35,540 nt of DNA from the NCBI GenBank assembly GCA_003221005.1, contig QHTZ01000077.1, positions 1 to 35,540 on the forward strand, in the 5' to 3' direction. Position 1 is the stretch's first letter. Every line of letters starts with the position of its first letter. This document shows, piece by piece, positions 8,348 to 15,874 of the stretch. The DNA comes from Gemmatimonadota bacterium. GTDB taxonomy: Bacteria > Gemmatimonadota > Gemmatimonadetes > Gemmatimonadales > GWC2-71-9. A model generated the notes under the pieces. It had not been told where the DNA came from, ran no database searches, and saw only the letters and a list, made by a program, of their open reading frames with translations. A program made the position numbers and the translations under genes.

Positions 8348-8575
8348 TCAGGGCACCGGGTCGAACCCGCCCGGGTGGAAGGGGTGGCAGCGGGCCACAC
8401 GCTTCACGCCGAGCCAGCTCCCCTTCATCGCCCCGTAGCGTGCGACTGCTTCGAGGGTGTAGTGCGAGCAGGTGGGAGTGAAGCGACACTGGGTGAACAC
8501 CAGATGCGCGAGCGTCATCTGGTAGCCGCGGATGAGTGCCATCACAGCGAACCGCGGCCAGCGACTCACGCTCAT
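8348..8575 (-). CDS. yidD: Membrane protein insertion efficiency factor YidD
   Basis: [10 protein letters not shown] and [14 protein letters not shown] motifs; ATG overlaps the rnpA stop. Confidence 0.95.
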   Translation of the reverse strand: MSVSRWPRFAVMALIRGYQMTLAHLVFTQCRFTPTCSHYTLEAVARYGAMKGSWLGVKRVARCHPFHPGGFDPVP

Positions 8576-8910
8576 GTGACGTGGCTCACGCCGCCCGTCA
8601 ATTCGGCGCGCAGCCCTGCAAAGGAGGCGGCGTACGCGGAGCGCTTCGCGCGGACGACGAGATCGATCGCCGGTACGCGTACGAGCAGCTCGCGCCTGAG
8701 CAACTCCCTCAGGCGTCGCCGCAGGCGATTGCGGGCCACGGCGGTGAACTGGAAGCGAGGAACGATGATGCCGACTCGCGGGTGGTGTGCTCGAGTGGGG
8801 CGCCAGGCGAACTCGAGGTGCGTGCCGCGCCAATGACGCCCTTCTTCCCAGCAGGCGGTGAGCTCCGAACCGCGCGCCAAGCGGACGCGGCGCGGAAACC
8901 GCTCGTCCGT
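8572..8910 (-). CDS. rnpA: Ribonuclease P protein component (start uncertain: first canonical codon is TTG at 8880)
   Basis: FPRRVRL N-terminal motif, RVGIIV and [13 protein letters not shown] (RNR motif); lies between rpmH and yidD. Confidence 0.92.
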   Translation of the reverse strand, partial: TDERFPRRVRLARGSELTACWEEGRHWRGTHLEFAWRPTRAHHPRVGIIVPRFQFTAVARNRLRRRLRELLRRELLVRVPAIDLVVRAKRSAYAASFAGLRAELTGGVSHVT

Positions 8911-9072
8911 TCAGCGACTCCGGTGCTTGGACGGCAGGCGGAGGGCGATGCGCTTGCGCCCCTTCTTGCGCCGCCGCGAGAGGACCGCGCGGCCCCACAC
9001 CGTGTTCATGCGCGCGCGAAAGCCATGCTTGTTGATGCGCCGCCGGTTGCGCGGGCGGTAGGTCGGACCCAT
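8911..9072 (-). CDS. rpmH: 50S ribosomal protein L34
   Basis: Manually translated (not in the ORF track): [53 protein letters not shown]; divergent from dnaA. Confidence 0.97.
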   Translation of the reverse strand: MGPTYRPRNRRRINKHGFRARMNTVWGRAVLSRRRKKGRKRIALRLPSKHRSR

Positions 9073-9096
9073 TAGATTCCTCTCGTGAGGCGGGGA

Positions 9097-9126
9097 AACC
9101 TACACCGCGCTCCGCGGACCGGTCAA
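9097..9126 (-). promoter_or_regulatory. Putative sigma70 promoter of the rpmH operon
   Basis: TTGACC-N18-TAGGTT on the minus strand. Confidence 0.55.
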
Positions 9127-9128
9127 GG

Positions 9129-9157
9129 TTGACTTTTCCACAGGCGAGCCGTAGTTT
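9129..9157 (+). promoter_or_regulatory. Putative sigma70 promoter of dnaA with an embedded DnaA box
   Basis: TTGACT-N17-TAGTTT. TTTTCCACA (9134-9142) matches the TTWTNCACA DnaA box and overlaps the -35/spacer, consistent with autoregulation. Confidence 0.65.
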
Positions 9158-9196
9158 CGGGCCGCCCTGCGAGACCCCCACCTTCTTTCATCGTCG

Positions 9197-10582
9197 ATGG
9201 AGCAGTCAACAAAGGAAGCCTGGAAGCGCCTCCTCGACGAGGCGCGGCGTGAACTCCCCGACGCGACAGTGCGGACGTGGCTCGAGCCGGCCGAGCCGAT
9301 CGCGCTCGACGACGGGCGGCTGATCGTCGGGGCCCCGGATCAGTTCGCCGTCGAGTGGAACGAGTCGAAGCACGCGGGAGTGCTCGCCCGCGCGGCCGAG
9401 CGGGTCTTCGGGCGACCCACCAGCATCGTGTTCCGCGTGCAAGAGGATCGCCAGCGGCGACCGCAGATGGATTTCTTCGTCGCGCCACGCGACGCCGGCG
9501 CCGCAGGCGACAAGCTCGCCGTCGCCACGACGCCGCTCAACGAGCGCTACACCTTCCAGACGTTCGTCATCGGCAAATCGAACGAGCTCGCCGCCGCCGC
9601 GGCTCACGCCGTCGCCGAAGCGCCGGGAAAGACCTACAACCCGTTGTTCATCTACGGCGCGACCGGCCTCGGCAAGACGCACCTGATGCAGGCGATCGCC
9701 CACGCGGTGCTGGAGAAGAACCCCGAGATGCGGCTCCAGTATTTCGGCGCCGAGCAGTTCATCAACGAGGTGATCGAGTCGATTCACGCGCGGACGATGT
9801 CTGAGTTCCGGCGGCGCTACCGCAACGACGTGGACCTGTTCCTGGTGGACGACGTGCATTTCCTCGAAGGCAAGGAGATGACGCAGGAGGAATTCTTCCA
9901 CACGTTCAACGCGCTGTTCGAGGCGCACAAGCAGATCGTGCTCACCTCGGACCGCCCGCCGAAGGAGATCCCGGGCCTGGAAGACCGGCTCATCTCGCGG
10001 TTCGAGTGGGGCATGGTCGCGGACATCGGTCACCCCGATCTCGAGCACCGCATCGCGATCCTCCGCAAGAAGGCCGAGCAGGATCATCTCGAGCTCACGA
10101 TCCCGGACGACGTGCTGCGCTTCATCGCCGAGCACATTCGCTCGAGCGTGCGCGAGCTCGAGGGCTGCATCATCAAGTTGTTGCTGTTCGCGTCGCTCAA
10201 GAACCGCGAGGTCACGATCGAGCTGGCCCGCGAGGCCCTGTCGGACAAGATTCGCCAGGGGGAGGAGGGCGCGAGCTACGTCGGCCAGCCGACGCCCAGC
10301 ATCGACCGCGTGCAGGAAGTCGTGGCGCGCCGCTGGGGCGTGACGCCGGAAGGCCTGCGCTCCAAGGCCCGCACCAAGACGCTCACGATCCCGCGACAGG
10401 TCGCGATGTACCTCGCGCGCGACATGCTGGGGATGCAGCTGGTGGAGATCGGTCAGGCGTTCGGCGGCCGCGATCACTCCACGGTCATCCATTCCGTGGA
10501 CAAGGTCGAGCGGCAGATGATCCGAGACCGGACGTTCAAGGAGCGCGTCGAAATGGCGCGCCAGGAGTTGTCCGCACTGTAG
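9197..10582 (+). CDS. dnaA: Chromosomal replication initiator DnaA
   Basis: YNPLFIYGATGLGKTHL, LVDDVHF, QEEFFHTFN, SRFEWG and GGRDHSTVIH motifs. Confidence 0.99.
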   Translation: MEQSTKEAWKRLLDEARRELPDATVRTWLEPAEPIALDDGRLIVGAPDQFAVEWNESKHAGVLARAAERVFGRPTSIVFRVQEDRQRRPQMDFFVAPRDAGAAGDKLAVATTPLNERYTFQTFVIGKSNELAAAAAHAVAEAPGKTYNPLFIYGATGLGKTHLMQAIAHAVLEKNPEMRLQYFGAEQFINEVIESIHARTMSEFRRRYRNDVDLFLVDDVHFLEGKEMTQEEFFHTFNALFEAHKQIVLTSDRPPKEIPGLEDRLISRFEWGMVADIGHPDLEHRIAILRKKAEQDHLELTIPDDVLRFIAEHIRSSVRELEGCIIKLLLFASLKNREVTIELAREALSDKIRQGEEGASYVGQPTPSIDRVQEVVARRWGVTPEGLRSKARTKTLTIPRQVAMYLARDMLGMQLVEIGQAFGGRDHSTVIHSVDKVERQMIRDRTFKERVEMARQELSAL

Positions 10583-10818
10583 CGCACATGTGGGAAGGAC
10601 ATGTGACGGGGTGTGGGTAGGCGCGGCGCGCGTGTGGACGGGCCTCAGGATGCCAACAGTCCCAACACTCCGCCAACATGCGCCGGCGAGGTCACGCCGC
10701 ATCGCCACCGAGCGTTAGCGCGACCGTCCACATCTCCCTGCTCTCTACTGCTACTACGAGTAGTTTCTATATAGTATAGAAGTAGAGTCTTTCACCGCTT
10801 CAAGAGGACTCGGCCGGC
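10583..10818. other. Putative replication origin (oriC)
   Basis: dnaA-dnaN intergenic region with degenerate DnaA boxes (TGTGGGAAG 10589, TGTGGGTAG 10612, TGTGGACGG 10633, CCGTCCACA 10724), DnaA-trio-like CTACTGCTACTAC (10745-10757) and a strongly AT-rich tract (10761-10793). Confidence 0.75.
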
Positions 10819-11925
10819 ATGAAGTTCACGATCACACGGCAGCAACTGCAGGAGGGCCTGGCGGCGGTGGCCGCAGCCGTGCCTGCCAAGACGACGCTCC
10901 CAGTGCTGGCGAACGTGCTGGTTGAAGTCGGCAAGCAGGGGCTGCGCCTGTCCGGCACGGATCTGGACATCGCCGTGAGTACCACCGTCGCGGCTGACGT
11001 CGACGCCGAGGGCGCCGTCACCCTCCCCGCGAAGAAACTGGTGGACATCGCCCGCGAGCTGCCCGAGGGACCGGTGCGGATCACCGCCGCCGGCGAATCG
11101 CGCGTGTCGATCGAATGCGGTCGCGCCAAGTTCAAGCTGCTTGGCCTGCCGCGCGAGGAATATCCGTCGTTCCCCGCGGTGAAATTCGACGGCGCGTGGA
11201 AGGCGGCCGCAGGAGTGGTCCACAAGCTCGTGGGGCACGTGGCGTTCGCAGCCTCGAGCGAAGAGAGCCGGCCGATCCTGAACGGCGTTCTGTGGGAGCT
11301 CCGCCCTGACCGGATGCGGATGGTAGCGACCAACGGTCACCGCCTCGCGAAGATGGATGTTCCCGCGAGCGGCGGCTCGACCGCCGACCTGATCGTGCCG
11401 CCCAAGGCCCTGGAGCAGATCCGGCGTCTGATCGCCGCCGATGCCGAGATGGAGATCGCCCGCAGTGACAACCACCTCGGCTTCCGGGCCGGTGGCACGC
11501 TCGTGTTCTCCCGCCTGATCGAGGGCCCCTATCCCAACTACGAGCAGGTGATCCCACGGGAGAACGACAAGTCGGCGACCGTGGACAAGGCCGCCATGGC
11601 CGCCGCGCTGCGGCGCATGAGCGTCGTCGCGAGCGACCAGACGCACCGCATTCGGCTCGCCTTCTCCGGAGGGTCGGTGCGTTTCTCGGTCCAGACGCCC
11701 GACCTGGGCGAGGCGCAGGACGAGCTCTCGGTCACCTACGAGGGCGAGCCGCTCGAGATCGGGTTCAACGCGATGTACCTGCTCGAGATCCTCAAGTTCA
11801 TGCCGACCGACGAGGTGCGCCTCACTTTCAAGGCGCCGGAGCGCGCGGCGACCGTCGAGCCAGTAGGCTGGGATGATCCCGCGAGCTATATGGCGCTCGT
11901 GATGCCTCTGCGCCTCGTAGACTAA
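10819..11925 (+). CDS. dnaN: DNA polymerase III beta sliding clamp
   Basis: TLPVLANVL, GTDLD, RPILNG, VATNGHRL, RLIEGPYPNY, IGFN and C-terminal LVMPLRL motifs. Confidence 0.99.
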   Translation: MKFTITRQQLQEGLAAVAAAVPAKTTLPVLANVLVEVGKQGLRLSGTDLDIAVSTTVAADVDAEGAVTLPAKKLVDIARELPEGPVRITAAGESRVSIECGRAKFKLLGLPREEYPSFPAVKFDGAWKAAAGVVHKLVGHVAFAASSEESRPILNGVLWELRPDRMRMVATNGHRLAKMDVPASGGSTADLIVPPKALEQIRRLIAADAEMEIARSDNHLGFRAGGTLVFSRLIEGPYPNYEQVIPRENDKSATVDKAAMAAALRRMSVVASDQTHRIRLAFSGGSVRFSVQTPDLGEAQDELSVTYEGEPLEIGFNAMYLLEILKFMPTDEVRLTFKAPERAATVEPVGWDDPASYMALVMPLRLVD

Positions 11926-11941
11926 ACCGGCCCGGCAACTA

Positions 11942-12040
11942 CTAGACGGACAGACGCACAGCGGTGAACAGTCGATCGTTTCTAGAGAGGGTTATCCCAG
12001 CCACTGTCCGCCGTAACCCGCTGTGCGTCTATCCGTCTAG
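11942..12040. repeat. 23-bp inverted repeat with internal 8-nt periodicity at the convergent dnaN/mtgA junction
   Basis: CTAGACGGACAGACGCACAGCGG (11942-11964) versus CCGCTGTGCGTCTATCCGTCTAG (12018-12040): 22/23 complementary. Confidence 0.85.
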
Positions 12041-12896
12041 CCGCTAGCGTGTCCTCCTCGCTATCCGCTGTCGGGCTGTTCACTGTCAGAGACTCGAGTG
12101 GCGGCACCAGCACGGGCGGCACGTTCAGGACGCTGTCCAGCTCTTCCATTTCGGGTGGGATGGCCACGTCCACGCCGTGATAGCGGGCGAGGATGAGGTC
12201 GCGTCGGCTCAGCATGCGCTCGGGCTGGTAGACCGGGTTCGACGTGCGGGGATGCGGTAACGTCGCCGCGAGCGCCGCCGCCTGGGCCTCGTCGAGCTGC
12301 GACGGGGCGACCCCGAAGTAGGCGCGGCTCGCGGCCCCCACGCCCCAAACGCCGGGCCCCCACTGTGCCACGTCGAGGTAGAGCTCGAGGATGCGCGCTT
12401 TCGGGAGCGCGAGCTCGAGCCGCAGTGCGGTCACCGCTTCCTTGAGCTTGCGCAGCGGATTGCGCGAGGGCGAGAGATACAGGTTCTTGGCGAGCTGCTG
12501 CGTGATCGTGCTCGCGCCCCGCAAGCGGTCGCGCCGCGCCCACGCATCGCGGAGGGTCGCCCAGAAGCCGGCGCCGCGATCCAGCCCGAGCGCGTCGGCG
12601 AGCTCGGCGGGGTCGATCCCGTGATGCGTCCAGAAACGGGAGTCCTCGCCGATGATCACCATCCGCTGGAGTGAGGGAGCGATCTGAGCAAGGGCGATCC
12701 GGCGAACCGCCGGACAGGCGGACCGTCGCTGCCCCTCCGCGCGACAATCCGCCTCTCTCATCAGCGCCGTCTCCCGCGGCCAGTGCGTTCGCCACCACAC
12801 CGGCGGGGGCCACACGCCGAGCAGCCACACCAGCGCGACGAGCGCGGTCGTCCCTAGCGCCACCTGGCGCGTCTTTCTAGGTTTTGCGTCCGCCAT
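11982..12896 (-). CDS. mtgA: Monofunctional biosynthetic peptidoglycan transglycosylase (GT51)
   Basis: EDSRFWTHHGID, RGASTITQQLAKNL, RKLKE and KARILELYL motifs; N-terminal TM; no transpeptidase domain. Start taken at ATG 12896. Confidence 0.9.
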   Translation of the reverse strand: MADAKPRKTRQVALGTTALVALVWLLGVWPPPVWWRTHWPRETALMREADCRAEGQRRSACPAVRRIALAQIAPSLQRMVIIGEDSRFWTHHGIDPAELADALGLDRGAGFWATLRDAWARRDRLRGASTITQQLAKNLYLSPSRNPLRKLKEAVTALRLELALPKARILELYLDVAQWGPGVWGVGAASRAYFGVAPSQLDEAQAAALAATLPHPRTSNPVYQPERMLSRRDLILARYHGVDVAIPPEMEELDSVLNVPPVLVPPLESLTVNSPTADSEEDTLAARRIDAQRVTADSGWDNPL

Positions 12897-14319
12897 GTCG
12901 CTGGATCTCTCTACACTGCGCGCGCGTCTCCAACTGGCTCTCGGGGACGAATTTAGCGTCGGCGCCCTGCTGGGCGAAGGCGGCTTTGCCGCGGTGTTTC
13001 GCGTGCGCGACAGCGCGCTGCGCCGCGACGTCGCCGTCAAAGTGCTCGATCTGGGCCAGACGCCGTCGCCGGTGCTCGCCGAGCGCTTCGTGCGCGAGGC
13101 GCGCACTGTCGCGAAGCTCGAGCACGCCAGCATCGTACCGATCTACAAAGTGGGAGGCTACAAGAACGAGGTGCTGTACATCATCATGCGGTGCGTCGAC
13201 GGTCCGTCGCTCCGCCAGCTCCTCGAAAAGCACCATCGCCTCTCGGTCGGCGACGCCGCCCGAATCGCGCGCCAGGTGGCGGACGCCCTGGCCTACGCGC
13301 ACAAGTTGGGCGTCGTGCACCGTGACGTGAAGCCGGACAATATCCTCCTGGATGGCACCGGCCGAGTCATGGTCACCGATTTCGGCATCGCCAAGGCCAC
13401 CGAGGCCGCGTCGTCGGGAGCGACGCTGACGACCGAGGGGATGGTGATCGGCACGCCGCAATACATGAGCCCGGAGCAGGCGACCGGAGACCGCACCGAC
13501 AGCCGGTCGGATATCTATTCCCTCGGCGTCGTGCTCTACCACATGCTCTCGGGCGCGCCGCCGTTCGATGGGGAGTCGGCGCAGTCGATCCTCATGAAGC
13601 AGGCGACGGCGACCCCGACGCCGATCCGCAGCCTCCGCGCCGACGTGCCGGCGGAGCTCGCCCTCGTGCTCGATCGCATGCTGGCGAAGGATCCCGGCGA
13701 GCGCTTCCAGGCCGCCGAGGAGCTGAGCCGCGCCCTGGTCCGGGCCCTGCCGACCGCCGCGCGCGACCGGGTCAAAGCTCGGCGCGGCGCCATGTCGCTC
13801 GCCATCGAGTCGCTCGTGCGAGTCGGGGTCGTCGGATGTCTGTTGGGCGCGGCGTTCCTGGCCGGCGCGGTCGTCGTGACCTGGACCGTGTTCAGCCGGC
13901 CCCCTAGGCTTCGCGCCACGGCGCCCGTGCCCGAGGCGCTGAACCGGACGTTGCGACGTCGCGGCGTCCTGGGGCGCGGGGACACCGCGGTGTTCGCGTT
14001 CACTCCCGACGGCGACCGGGAGTCGGCCCTGTTCGTCGTCACGCGGCGGCGGGTGGCCGTCGCGGAGCCGCGCCATGTGCGCAGCTATGCCCGGGATAGC
14101 GTGGCCTACGCCCTCGGCGCGACTTGGAGCGGCGGGCCGCACTTCGTCTTCATCCTCGTTCCTAAACGGGGCCGGCGCGACACCGTGTACACCGGCTTGT
14201 CGCCCCGAGCGCTGTGGGAGCTCTCGCGCGACGTGGACAAGCTTCTGCCCGCCGATTCGGTGGGAGACGGACTGCGGCTGCAGCGGACGCGCGGCCACAC
14301 ACGTATCCGCGGGCGCTAG
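12895..14319 (+). CDS. Hanks-type Ser/Thr protein kinase with TM helix and C-terminal domain
   Basis: GEGGFAAV, VAVK, HRDVKPDN, DFG, GTPQYMSPEQ and DIYSLG motifs, followed by a hydrophobic segment. Confidence 0.95.
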   Translation: MSLDLSTLRARLQLALGDEFSVGALLGEGGFAAVFRVRDSALRRDVAVKVLDLGQTPSPVLAERFVREARTVAKLEHASIVPIYKVGGYKNEVLYIIMRCVDGPSLRQLLEKHHRLSVGDAARIARQVADALAYAHKLGVVHRDVKPDNILLDGTGRVMVTDFGIAKATEAASSGATLTTEGMVIGTPQYMSPEQATGDRTDSRSDIYSLGVVLYHMLSGAPPFDGESAQSILMKQATATPTPIRSLRADVPAELALVLDRMLAKDPGERFQAAEELSRALVRALPTAARDRVKARRGAMSLAIESLVRVGVVGCLLGAAFLAGAVVVTWTVFSRPPRLRATAPVPEALNRTLRRRGVLGRGDTAVFAFTPDGDRESALFVVTRRRVAVAEPRHVRSYARDSVAYALGATWSGGPHFVFILVPKRGRRDTVYTGLSPRALWELSRDVDKLLPADSVGDGLRLQRTRGHTRIRGR

Positions 14320-14346
14320 CATCGCGGACGTGGGGCGTCGGGCGTA

Positions 14347-15231
14347 CTACGGCAGGACGGCGACGGTGGAGCGGAGTACCTGGGTGACGGGTACCGTGAG
14401 GCCCTGCGCCGGCAGCGAGATCGTCAGGCTCGACGAGTCCTGTGACTCGCCGCCCACGAACCGCCCGTCCTCGGCGAGAAACGTCCGTGCGGTGACGGTC
14501 CCCGCGCCGCCGATCTGGAAGAATTGCCCGCCGTTCTGCCCTGAGCCGGCCACGCTGTAGGTGCCGGTCGTCTCGAGTCGCAGGCTGCGCGCCCCGCTGT
14601 GCTCTTCCCAGGCCGCCGCGCTCGAATGCTGCACGGAGCGCCGCGTGACTTCTGAGCCGCCGGCGCGCTGGGTGAGGGAGAGGGTGTCGGTCCAGGCGGC
14701 GCCCAGACGGGCACCGTCCGTGGGAATACGCGGCAGGAAATCGCGAAAGTTGCCGAGCAGCTGCGCGAGGTTGCGCGCGAGGACGCTGTCGGACGTCGCC
14801 GTGCTCCGAAACTCTCCCTGGGCAACCACGCGGCCGCTCATGATCAACATGCGCGCCTTCGAGATATTGTCGGCGATCGGCGGAGGCGTGCCGGAGTCGG
14901 GAACGATCGAGTCCACGATAAACGTGGCCGGGTAGCCACTCGAGTCCGCCGGCCCCGTGACGATGGCCCGGACGAAGATGTGAGCACCCAGGTCCTGCGT
15001 CTGGGGCGCTCCGCTGAACGTCTGCTCGATGTGCAGCCGGCGGTGGATCAGATAGCGTACGGCGCTCGGGCCGTAGCGCACGGCCTGGGGGAGTGCGTGC
15101 CGCTCGCCGGGCCGCGGGGGCGGAGGTGGGGCGGGCGCGGGGTTGGGCGCGGCTGCTCCCGGGCCGGCCCCGCCGCGCGCCGCGCAGGCGGTGAGCAGTG
15201 CGGCGCCTCCCGCGCGGAGCCAGCGCCTCAT
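14347..15231 (-). CDS. Hypothetical lipoprotein
   Basis: Signal peptide MRRWLRAGGAALLTAC (lipobox), Pro-rich linker, beta-rich body; ATGA overlap with the upstream small ORF. Confidence 0.8.
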   Translation of the reverse strand: MRRWLRAGGAALLTACAARGGAGPGAAAPNPAPAPPPPPRPGERHALPQAVRYGPSAVRYLIHRRLHIEQTFSGAPQTQDLGAHIFVRAIVTGPADSSGYPATFIVDSIVPDSGTPPPIADNISKARMLIMSGRVVAQGEFRSTATSDSVLARNLAQLLGNFRDFLPRIPTDGARLGAAWTDTLSLTQRAGGSEVTRRSVQHSSAAAWEEHSGARSLRLETTGTYSVAGSGQNGGQFFQIGGAGTVTARTFLAEDGRFVGGESQDSSSLTISLPAQGLTVPVTQVLRSTVAVLP

Positions 15232-15476
15232 GTGCCCCCTACCGCGCCCCGGCCGCGCTCGTGAGCTCGATCGGTTTTCGTGCGTCCGAAGATCGCCACC
15301 ATCTCCGGCCCGTCGCTAGAAACGCGCAGCAGCTTCCAGCCGCGCTTGCGCATGTCGGCGCGCCACCCGATGAGCTTCTCCCACTCCTGGGACGTGGTGC
15401 GGAAGACCCGCAAGTCCGCCACCGTTTCCCATTGGGGCGGATACGGCTTTAGTTGGGAGGAGGGCGGTGGGGCCAT
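15228..15476 (-). CDS. Small hypothetical protein downstream of and overlapping rnpB
   Basis: 82 aa with complex Trp-rich sequence (PQWETVADLRVFRTT...RGWKLLRV); its stop is coupled to the lipoprotein ATG. Confidence 0.7.
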   Translation of the reverse strand: MAPPPSSQLKPYPPQWETVADLRVFRTTSQEWEKLIGWRADMRKRGWKLLRVSSDGPEMVAIFGRTKTDRAHERGRGAVGGT

Positions 15477-15831
15477 AAGCCGAGTTCTGTTTCCCCACGG
15501 ATCGTGGGCAGATGGTCATCTCTCTGGGATGGCTGTCGCCAGCCACCTCGATGCGGCCTACCCGCAGCTCGGGCGACCCGGGTCGGGTCTCGCTGCTTAC
15601 TTGGCCTTGCTCCGACTGGGGGTTACCGTGCCGCGCCTGTTACCAGACGCGCGGTGGGCTCTTACCCCACCTTTTCACCCTTACCCTTGGATACAGGGCG
15701 GTCTGTTCTCTGTGGCCCTATCCGTCGCCTTGCGGCGCCCAGGCGTTACCTGGCAGTCTACCCTGCGGAGCTCGGACTTTCCTCAACGCACCACTCCTGC
15801 CGGTGCGCTGCGACCATCGCGCCCCACCGCC
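15463..15831 (-). ncRNA. rnpB: RNase P RNA (bacterial type A)
   Basis: Conserved GAGGAAAGTCC and ACAGAACTCGGCTTA (P4) segments, GGGTGAAAAGGTGGGGTAAGAGCCCACC, and P1 pairing GGCGGTGGGGC/GCCCCACCGCC. Confidence 0.97.
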
Positions 15832-15842
15832 ACCCGGCGCGA

Positions 15843-15872
15843 AACTTACGAGCAGGGCGAGGCTCCGGGCAA
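15843..15872 (-). promoter_or_regulatory. Putative rnpB promoter
   Basis: TTGCCC-N18-TAAGTT followed by a GC-rich discriminator just upstream of the P1 5' strand. Confidence 0.55.
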
Positions 15873-15874
15873 GG

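Noticed and set aside
8576-9181. yidD frame open across rnpA and rpmH (277 aa), reminiscent of the Thermus rnpA/rpmH overlap
   Set aside because: YidD has a normal coupled ATG at 8575 and the extension has no recognisable features; most likely a chance open frame.
9206-10708. 500-aa ORF antisense to dnaA (and similar long shadow ORFs such as 12877-14322, 31626-33260, 6503-7723)
   Set aside because: Mirror-frame ORFs are expected in high-GC coding DNA; they have no motifs and lie fully opposite well-supported genes.
10819-11982. Absence of recF/gyrB after dnaN and of mnmG after mnmE
   Set aside because: Such rearrangements of the origin cluster are common across bacteria and are not informative by themselves.
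3793-12753. Short tandem repeats as CRISPR or IS ends
   Set aside because: Units are 7-8 bp with no spacers; no cas or transposase gene and no target-site duplication was seen.
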